A stretch of DNA of 9,027 bases, from positions 1 through 9,027 of the forward strand of contig NW_003314618.1 in assembly GCF_000143415.4 (NCBI RefSeq). The letters run 5' to 3'. The stretch comes from Selaginella moellendorffii (taxonomy: Eukaryota; Plantae; Lycopodiophyta). Under the pieces are notes generated by a model, which had not been told where the DNA came from, made no database searches, and was given only the letters and a program-made list of their open reading frames with translations. Position numbers and translations under genes: made by a program. Shown here piece after piece: positions 1-6,879 of the stretch. Numbering within the stretch: the stretch's first letter is position 1; every line of letters starts with the position of its first letter.

Positions 1-134
1 GTAGGTTAAAAGAGACGCGCCAAGAGACAGCGCAGGCCTTCGATGCGGACAACTTCAGCATGAGTTCGCACCGTGCATAGTTTTCGCTTTCTCGCTTCAG
101 CCATCTCCAGCAGCTAAGAAAAACTAAACTATGC

Positions 135-741
135 CTTGGATGGTTTTGTTCACTTGCTCCTGGCACTGGAAGTACTCGGATGCGTCGCAAAGAAGCCTGT
201 AGAAGATCTCCCGCTGTGTAGCTTTCTTGCCAAGCGTAAGAAGCTGGTAGCAGAGCTCCAGCATTTTCCAAACTATAGAGGAAAAATCAAAAAGAGAAAA
301 CCATAGAGAAAAGCAAGCGAAAGGAAGTTACTACCTCGAAAGTATCTCTTCATGCTCCCGGATTTTGTGAAGCTCAGGGTCGAGTCTAGATGCGACAGGA
401 AGATGTTATCGCCTTGCAGTAGCCCCCTTTGCATCAAAACGTTGCTACAATTCCTCCGGACCTGGAGAGAGATTCAACAATCAAGCACTTCGCTGCGTTA
501 AAGGACCTAGGAAAGAAAATCTTGCCATGGAAAGCGGCATAATCCTGGGCCGATGAGAGATCAAAGTGGCCAAGAATCGCCGGACAACGACCTCGATCCT
601 TGCTCTCACCTGCATTCCCGGCTAAGGTCACAAAGATCGATCGGGTATAGCTACCTCTTCTGGAGAGACCACGTCCGCCGTGCTGGACAGCTCGTTCGAT
701 TCGAAGGGCGTGAGCCCGTGGCGGCAAATCTCCGACGCCAT
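135..741 (-). CDS. SPO11-2: Meiotic recombination protein SPO11-2 (topoisomerase VI A-subunit homologue), 5' part. Exons 741-655, 609-526, 461-335 and 272-135; the gene continues beyond position 1.
   Basis: Manual splicing gives MASEICRHGLTPFESNELSSTADVVSPEE|VRARIEVVVRRFLATLISHRPRIMPLSM|VRRNCSNVLMQRGLLQGDNIFLSHLDSTLSFTKSGSMKRYFR|VWKMLELCYQLLTLGKKATQREIFYRLLCDASEYFQCQEQVNKTIQ. This follows plant SPO11-2 motifs as I recall them (RARIEV, IFLS, RVWK.ME.C.Q.L, TQRE.FY.LLCD, VN...Q). The Tyr of QREIFY (codon 201-199) is residue 124, matching the catalytic Tyr124 of Arabidopsis SPO11-2. Introns: 654-610 GT-AG, 525-462 GC-AG, 334-273 GT-AG, and a fourth starting at 134 (GC). Confidence 0.94.
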
Positions 742-945
742 AAACACTTAAGCCCTAGATTTCAAATTGCGTGTAAAGAATATACCAAGAATCTAGGTAT
801 ATTCTAGGATATTTATAAGTTCGTTGTGTTTCCTTCTCATGTAATTTATCAACAGCCAATGCAACAAAAAGAATAGAACAACATTATTTTGCAAAGTGGT
901 GCATCCAGTGGTGATGTCGTTAAAGCCAATTTATCAGCAACAGAA

Positions 946-1358
946 GTGAACATAGTGGGGTTCCTAAAATCTTTGGATTGTTGACAGAATTAGTTGTCAC
1001 AAAAGGCAATGGCATACAGAGCCACTTTCAATGCGATCACATCTTCTTGTAGAAACCTCAAGCATTGACTTTTAAAGTTCATGAGACTTTCAGATCTTCC
1101 TTCTAAGTTTCTCTCATGTTTCTAGCCCTTGATTTGATCTTTTGGTGAAAGTGTCTTGCAGGGTGAAATAAAATTCAAGAGGTGAGCACACTGTGAAAAA
1201 ACATTACACCCTTGAAGCTTGTGGATATGATTTAACCTAATCAATGTTGGATTCCTTGAAACTGGAGAAATACCCCAGTTTAAGCGTTTTTGGTAATCTT
1301 GCTAAAAATATAAATTATTAATGGTTATTATTCAAAAAAATTAAAAATTTATTCCATA
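946..1358 (+). pseudogene. Hsp110/SSE-type Hsp70 (Hsp70-14/15/16-like) pseudogene, segment 1 (N-terminus of the ATPase domain)
   Basis: Degenerate motifs appear in the expected order across frames: VNIVGF at 946 (cf. MSVVGF), LVVTKGNGI (cf. LVAVARQRGI), ETSSI at 1052 (cf. ETP.I), IPQFKR at 1270 (cf. ISQIKR) and QKN*KFIP ending at the LTR junction (cf. QRD.K.LP). There are many stops and frameshifts. Confidence 0.62.
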
Positions 1359-1529
1359 TGTAAAGTCGGTAAATACATGTGTGTATATTCATGTATTACT
1401 CTGGCTAGGTAATACACTAATTATAGTACTATAGCATATTAATTGTCCATTCGGGATTGAATGTGGTCTATCCATTCTTATATATAAGCACAATTAATAT
1501 ACCTTATTCTTATATTTTGAGCACTCATA
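1359..1529 (+). repeat. 5' LTR
   Basis: 1359-1490 aligns without gaps to 3614-3745 with 19 mismatches in 132 nt by hand count (15 transitions). After a short indel the similarity continues to AGCACTCA(T/C)A. A TATA-like TATATAAGC lies at 1481-1489. Confidence 0.85.
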
Positions 1530-1530
1530 T

Positions 1531-1551
1531 TAGTGGAAATGAGAGGCATTG
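1531..1551 (+). other. Putative primer-binding site, complementary to the 3' end of a cytosolic tRNA-Ala
   Basis: TAGTGGAAATGAGAGGCATTG follows the LTR end after a 1-nt spacer. It matches the recalled tRNA-Ala complement TGGTGGAGATGCGGGGCATCG at 16/21, and 4 of the 5 differences are G>A or C>T. Confidence 0.55.
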
Positions 1552-1598
1552 CAATATATCTCTAAAAGGCAATGTTTTTTAGCAATGCTTTGCTTTAG

Positions 1599-1641
1599 TG
1601 TTTGGGATTGTGTTTTTTGTTCGGGATTGTGATTTTTGTTC
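1599..1641 (+). repeat. 19-bp tandem repeat (about 2.3 copies) in the element's 5' leader
   Basis: TGTTTGGGATTGTGTTTTT / TGTTCGGGATTGTGATTTT / TGTTC. Confidence 0.75.
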
Positions 1642-1708
1642 TTATTTCTTCATTTTTTATTAGATTTAGATTTTTATTAGCTTTTTGTAAGATTTAGAAT
1701 TCTAACTA

Positions 1709-2152
1709 TTGTTGTCCTTAAATCTACTCTTTCTTTTGATCTTCATTGCATTATCTTTTTCTACCATGCTACACTATCATCAATTAAAGAATATATCATT
1801 TGAAGTTGCTAATGTTACTTTGATAAATCAAACTTTTAATGCTATGAAGTGTAATTATATTGGTGTTATGTCCATCTTTGGTGTGTTACCATCTCCAACT
1901 TTTATGAGACATAATTACATAACTTGTTCTCTTCTTGGTGTTTTGCCATCTCATGTTAATGTGGAGCATGATCATGACATCAATTGGCGAGTTATAGAAG
2001 ATGCAATCAAGTTTTTGAAAAATGTTTAAGGATTAAATTTATGGAAAGACAATGTGTATAAGCTTGAGTGGATTTTAAATTGTGATGATGAGTTTAATTA
2101 TTATAGAAATAGCTTTAGAGATGAAATGAAGATTTTGCAAGGTAGATGTTAA
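1709..2152 (+). pseudogene. Degenerate ORF inside the LTR element, resembling a small secreted glycoprotein; family unknown
   Basis: The 106-aa ORF continues in frame past a single TAA (2027-2029) for 40 more codons (GLNLWKDNVYKLEWILNCDDEFNYYRNSFRDEMKILQGRC*). It has a hydrophobic N-terminus, the sequons NIS, NVT and NQT, and an internal duplication (NYI...FGVLPS / NYI...LGVLPS). The start codon is TTG rather than ATG. Confidence 0.35.
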
Positions 2153-2663
2153 TCCTTTAATTTACCAATTGATCCTTTTTTTTTACCTTTTTTCTTTCCA
2201 ACCTTTTCTTATTTCTCGGCCTGAGCCACTTTTCTTATGTTCCTAGTGTTCCTTCCTCTTTTGCAATATTTCTTTTTTCTAACACATCAATTATTTTTTA
2301 CTCTTGTGATTCTCATTTTCAGTCCAGTGTTGAATTGAGTGTTTTCTATCCTCCTTATACTAATCTAGATGTTGATATGTGCATGAAGTTGAGAATTTTG
2401 ATTTTATTTCATTGACACAGTCTTTAATCAATTCTGATATTAAGTATTCCCATGTTCCAAAAGTGTGAATCACTTTGGCTAAAATTTTAAATTGTGTCCC
2501 CACTTGTTAATGTTGTTAAGAGCCTTTATTATTGTTGAGGAGTTTATGTATTCCCTTGAGAGTGTGGATATTTTATTAATTTTCCTATCTCAAATATTGA
2601 ATTGTGTGTTGAGGAGGTTGAGTGGTATGAATCTTTTGTTTATATTGTGGTGACCAAAATATT

Positions 2664-3107
2664 TTATGATAGGAAATCCCCTATTTTCCAAGTTTTAAGC
2701 ATATGTTTCTTTTTTGATTTCTTTATTTCTGTATTGCCAACTAGTGTAACTTCCTCTTTCAATGTTTCTTTATCCACTTTTTCTTTTTCCACAATGGTTT
2801 TTCCTCAATTTTTCTCATTTTCTCCTTTTTTCTCTAACATTTCAAGCTTTTTTTCTTCAGAGGAGGGGGTAGAAAGGATGGACAGGAGTTCAGCCTAATG
2901 ATGGAGAGAACAAGTGGATATAGTAGTGGAACAAGGACAAATAATATGTGGAATGAAGATGAATATAGCAAGTCCAAATGGAATATCCAACTTTAACATA
3001 GTGAGGCCGAATAGATGCAATAGTGGAGTGAAGTTGAATATAAATGGCAACGTAAGGACAAGTATAGTGAGTCCAAATAAAGTCAGTACTTTAAAACTTT
3101 TTTTCCT
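2664..3107 (-). pseudogene. Degenerate antisense ORF in the LTR element: hydrophobic (membrane-like) block followed by a Lys/Glu-rich block; probably extended originally to about 2150
   Basis: One frame reads RKKSFKVLTLFGLTILVLTLPFIFNFTPLLHLFGLTMLKLDIPFGLAIFIFIPHIICPC...HH*AELLSILSTPSSEEKKLEMLEKKGENEKN*GKTIVEKEKVDKETLKEEVTLVGNTEIKKSKKKHMLKTWKIGDFLS*. It has only two internal stops (TAG, TGA), each one C>T change from a sense codon. The A-rich minus-strand bias persists down to about 2150. Confidence 0.4.
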
Positions 3108-3599
3108 TCAAAAAGGGGATAAAAAGGATGTGGAGGATGAATAGAGTGAATGCAACCTCCCATATACAGTGTTAAACAAGGACAAAAGTCGTAAATCTAA
3201 GTTAACATAAGTGTTAGATGTTAACCGAAGGGAAGATGTAAAGGTAGGTTTTACTTATAGTTATAAGTCCAAATTAACAATTGTTTCAGAGGATTATTCG
3301 CAAGCAAATTTGGAGGCAAGATGCATTATTTGCTACAATAACATTTTATAGATTACAGTGGTTCTCAAAGTCCCTTACTTTGGTTCAAAGTTATACCTTT
3401 ATGGTTGATTTAAGCATTTGGCAGTTGCATATGGAGTTACAATTGGTGTATTGGGATTTCATAGTCAACTAATGTTTATGTCATGGCTTTGGGTTTTGTT
3501 TCAGTCATAATTGTCAACAACTTTATTAGTGGTTTTATAGTAGTTTGTAATCTCTTAGCAAAAGTTCCAAATGTTCCACCTAATTTATTGTCATCTTCT

Positions 3600-3613
3600 A
3601 GAGGGGAGGATAG
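3600..3613 (+). other. Polypurine tract
   Basis: AGAGGGGAGGATAG lies immediately 5' of the second LTR copy. Confidence 0.75.
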
Positions 3614-3775
3614 TATAAAGTTTGTAAATATATGAATGTATATACATGTATTACCTTAGCTAGGTAATACACTAATTATAGTACTATAACATATTAACTG
3701 TTCATTTGGGATTAAATCTAGTCCATCCATTCTTGTATATAAGCAGAGGCTATTCCTGTATTCCAAGCACTCACA
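3614..3775 (+). repeat. 3' LTR
   Basis: Second copy of 1359-1529. It starts TATAAAG (TGTAAAG with G>A) and ends CACTCACA. Confidence 0.85.
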
Positions 3776-3779
3776 TATA

Positions 3780-5022
3780 TAATTATAAAATTCATTTTAA
3801 TTAAGGTTGATACATTTTATCAATCATCACAATATGAATAAGATCACTAACCCTTATGATCCAATGTTAGATCTATGTTAATGATAAGGCATATCGAGAA
3901 GAGAAAACAGATGATCTAGATCCCTTATTATGTAGTGAGAACATAATTTATATTAATGTTACAATGATAGCATATGAACATATATCTCACTAAACATCTG
4001 TGTTGATGACCCTTAAAGCCATCCAGTCACATTATTAAAGGGCAAAGTGTGCAACTGTAGAATGGGCTACAGTGACTAATGGTTTTTATGAGGTGAATAT
4101 AAAGATATATAAGACTATTTGATTATTAATGAAACCTAATAATGGAAGCACTTTTTTATCAAAAAAATGAAAATTCAGAATTGAGGGAGAACAATTGAGG
4201 ATTAAAACAAAATGGTCTTGGGGAATGAACATAGCACATGGATTGGTGAGCAAGGGCTGCTGATTTATAACATTCCCAGGTTGCAAGGACTTTGACACAA
4301 AGTATTGCCCTATGGATCTGCATGATGGCTTATTATACTAGAGATATATAATCTTTTATACATCCAGAGGGGAGGATGGTTTATAATAAGAGTATAATAA
4401 ACTAGAGATTCAATCCATGATTTAGCAGAGGTCTTTGATTATGTAGTATCCTAGAAGTGTAAAAAGCTAAAGGAGTGTGCTAATATTTATTTTTATAAAC
4501 ATATTACTAATTTATATTTATATATTTGTTAAGAAACACCACCTCTTGAAACAGATACACAGTCTTTGTGTTTCCTTATGTGTATTTAATCTCTTTCTCC
4601 AGTGATGAACAAAACAATTATGCTTGCTTTGCCTATTTTCTCTTCTAGAATGCATCCTTCTCATTTTCTTTCTAGGTGAGGCTATTGAGAATGCTGGACT
4701 CAGTCTCACATATGTAAATCAAATCTGAGGAATTTTATACTTTCTTGAGCCTGGAGTTTTAAAGGTCCTTTAACATGATCACCAATACTATTGACATGTG
4801 GTTGCTACTCCATACAGGAAAAAAACCATCACAAACATAGATTAGTTGGTGGATATTAAGTGCTTCAATTCGTTGGACAAATAAAAGTCTATCCTTTATT
4901 CTCATTTAAAAGCCTAGTAATGCTATCATGTGAAAAAGTATTAGAGATAGCCAAGCATTGAGGTTACTCTCTAGATTCTCTAGCCAAATCTCTTTCGATT
5001 AATCATCCCTTGGAAAGAAGAA
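3780..5022 (+). pseudogene. Hsp110/SSE-type Hsp70 pseudogene, segment 2 (rest of the ATPase domain and linker)
   Basis: Ordered degenerate motifs: IRSLTL at 3838 (cf. IRAFTP), IPYY (cf. GIP.YF), KIYKT at 4102 (cf. GIYKTD), GEQLRI at 4186 (cf. KGQLKI), GCKDFD at 4279 (cf. GGRDFD), CKKLKE.AN at 4458 (cf. CEKLKKVLSAN), SLLECI...EAIENAGLS at 4639-4704 (cf. PILERV...KAL.DAGL), GKKPSQT at 4817 (cf. GKEP.RT) and WK at 5011. Many substitutions are explained by G>A or C>T. Confidence 0.75.
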
Positions 5023-5410
5023 AAGAAAAATAATGAATAATAATGCTTTAAGTGAATGTGAGGTTTGGAAAAGTAAAAAAAACATGATAGTATTAAATAA
5101 AAAATAATATAATAAACAACCACCTTTTATATTGAACACTGTAGGTCCTTGATAAGATATCATGTTCTGCCATAGTAAGAAATATATTTTTCCTTTAATA
5201 AAGTAAATTTATTTATAATGTTTTAGAAAATTGAAGCCACTAAACATCGTACCTTTATCAGAATCTAAAATATAAAATTAGAAGTCAATTTTATCAAAAC
5301 TTTAACTCATTAAATCTCACAATCCTACAAATAAATATCATTTGTACCATATACAGGTTATAGTGTTATAATAAAAACCTTTTAATAATATAAATTTTAT
5401 TTTATTTTAT

Positions 5411-6343
5411 TTAAAATTTGTTATTCCAAATTATAGTTTTTGAAGAACCTTTATGACTTGAAACAACTAGATCACCAGTATTTTCAAGTGTTAAAATAGC
5501 AAATAGTAAACATCCTAAACAATATTTATTAGTTTTCCATATAATATTATCATGATCATCTTTTAAAATTAAATTACCATCATATTGAAGATGTAAAACA
5601 CAAAAAAAATATAATTTTTCTGAATTTGTAGACCATATACTTTGAGAAAATATAATATTTTCAACTACTAAATTGCAATTATTGAGGGTTGCTCTAAAAT
5701 TATTATTTGATGATATTAAACTATTACCATCTGTAATATATGAACCAATCATATATAGATACCCATTTATTAAATGTGTCCTATATGGCCAACATTGCGA
5801 TGAATCAAAATTTAAAATATTAGGAGGAGGATCATTATCATCAGGTAAACCCTTTGGGTAATCTAATGAAGGATAGATTTCATTAGCTTCTCTTACAACA
5901 TTTCCAGTACCAATATAACCTATAATAAAATATTTATAAACTGTACCAATACTTTTTAAAGCATAAAGACGTGCATGATAGTCAACAAGTCTTAACATCT
6001 CCTTAAATGTATCTTTTAAATATTGTACAGTAAATGAAACATTTTCAGAAAGTGGATCACAATAGAAATTTTTTAAAGCATATGGAAACATATAAAGTCG
6101 AATATAAACTTCTTGAAAACCAACTGTAATAGTGTTTTCTATATAAAACCCTTCCTCAGGAGGTCTGATTGGTTCAGTACTTCTATCTTCTATTAAATGC
6201 CCAATTTGACGTATAATTCTTAATATATGTCTATTTCCAAAGTGGCCTAAACCTCCAACCCATCTAGTTTGAGGTGGTTGTGCATAATAAACAGCAATAA
6301 AAGAAAAGAACATAATTATTAGTAATACACTTTGGGAAGCCAT
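5411..6343 (-). CDS. Secreted 310-aa protein: signal peptide, unknown domain, Pro/Asp-rich linker and C-terminal bulb-type (GNA-like, B-type) lectin domain
   Basis: Uninterrupted ATG-to-TAA ORF in very AT-rich DNA, where chance ORFs are short. Hydrophobic leader MASQSVLLIIMFFSFIAVYYA. Residues ~193-308 follow the GNA beta-prism II pattern: G.S.I..G.SLISSN..F, NCNLVV...IWSTN, C.L.LQYDGNLIL...IIWKTN, L.LENTGDLVV...IIW, including the Cys223/Cys248 pair. AATAAA-type motifs lie just after the stop. Confidence 0.9.
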   Translation of the reverse strand: MASQSVLLIIMFFSFIAVYYAQPPQTRWVGGLGHFGNRHILRIIRQIGHLIEDRSTEPIRPPEEGFYIENTITVGFQEVYIRLYMFPYALKNFYCDPLSENVSFTVQYLKDTFKEMLRLVDYHARLYALKSIGTVYKYFIIGYIGTGNVVREANEIYPSLDYPKGLPDDNDPPPNILNFDSSQCWPYRTHLINGYLYMIGSYITDGNSLISSNNNFRATLNNCNLVVENIIFSQSIWSTNSEKLYFFCVLHLQYDGNLILKDDHDNIIWKTNKYCLGCLLFAILTLENTGDLVVSSHKGSSKTIIWNNKF

Positions 6344-6752
6344 TGAGATGATTGTAAGAGGTTTCTATTTATTTATTATTTTTTTGCAATATTGTAAGTA
6401 ACATAGAGGCTTTTTACCTTAATGACACTTGTGTTAAATAAATTAAAATGTTTTCAAATTTACTATGCTTAACTACAGTGTCATCACTAATATTCTAAAC
6501 CCAATTGGACTTTATAAAGAACCCATCAGGCAAGATACAGATAATTTGGCCACCAACCCATAGTTAGATGCATAAACATTTGCATGGCTCTCTGAGCTAG
6601 TCCCATATGCTATAAAATTATTTATCTATTGATTTATATATAGAGAAATGCTATATAGTTCAAAATATTTCAGGCTTTCCAACACTTTATCACAGCTTAA
6701 TAACCAAGGTTTCTACATAGCAATTTACAAGACATGAACTTGACACACAAAA

Positions 6753-6828
6753 AAAATCATTAAGAGAGTAGAAATTGATTCATCAACATGATATAAGAAA
6801 ATCATCAAGAGAGTAGAAATTCATTCAT
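6753..6828 (+). repeat. 31-bp direct repeat, 45-bp period
   Basis: AAAATCATTAAGAGAGTAGAAATTGATTCAT (6753-6783) and AAAATCATCAAGAGAGTAGAAATTCATTCAT (6798-6828), with 2 mismatches. Confidence 0.85.
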
Positions 6829-6879
6829 TATATCTCTAAAAATTGAAATGAAACATGATTTGCTCAAATTGATACTCCC

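Larger units (their letters stand above)
1359..3775 (+). mobile_element. Non-autonomous, decayed LTR retrotransposon (~2.4 kb, short LTRs, no recognisable gag-pol)
   Basis: Direct terminal repeats at 1359-1529 and 3614-3775. The 5' copy starts with TG and the 3' copy ends with CA. A PBS-like tract follows the 5' LTR and a purine tract precedes the 3' LTR. A possible 4-bp TSD flanks it (CATA 1355-1358, TATA 3776-3779), and the Hsp110 relic resumes on the far side. Confidence 0.82.

Noticed and set aside
434-807. ORF-track ORFs 434..727 (-) and 553..807 (+)
   Set aside because: They are off-frame and antisense shadows of the GC-rich spliced SPO11-2 exons.
1850-1900. Minus-strand W*HTKDGHNT resembling a gag zinc knuckle
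   Set aside because: The cysteines are missing, it is on the wrong strand relative to the PBS/PPT polarity, and it overlaps a better plus-strand frame.
2602-3472. Plus-strand ORFs 2602..2898, 2914..3144 and 3281..3472, plus a CIIC motif near 3322
   Set aside because: Non-ATG starts and low complexity, mostly mirroring the antisense relic. The CxxC has no further RING or zinc-finger ligands.
4069-4110. TVTNGFYEVNIKIY resembles TITVGFQEVYIRLY in the lectin protein, suggesting a paralogue
   Set aside because: It is a short match of a kind expected by chance in AT-rich translations, and the region is better explained as the Hsp110 GIYKT motif.
4366-4377. AGAGGGGAGGAT, identical to the PPT at 3600-3611
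   Set aside because: No LTR copy follows it and it lies within collinear Hsp110 sequence.
4086-4709. Minus-strand ORFs 4086..4298 and 4518..4709
   Set aside because: They are short, have no recognisable motifs and lie antisense to the Hsp110 pseudogene.
5673-5861. 62-aa plus-strand ORF
   Set aside because: Antisense shadow of the lectin CDS.
6365-6417. Possible 53-nt 5'UTR intron (AAG/GTAAAA...ATAG) of the lectin gene
   Set aside because: The acceptor region is A-rich with no pyrimidine tract; it cannot be supported without transcripts.
5080-6859. 9-bp direct repeat AAACATGAT (5080-5088 and 6851-6859) as a Mutator-type TSD around the lectin gene
   Set aside because: There are no terminal inverted repeats inside it, and the AACATGAT core recurs elsewhere (near 4772, 6785 and 8406), so chance is likely.
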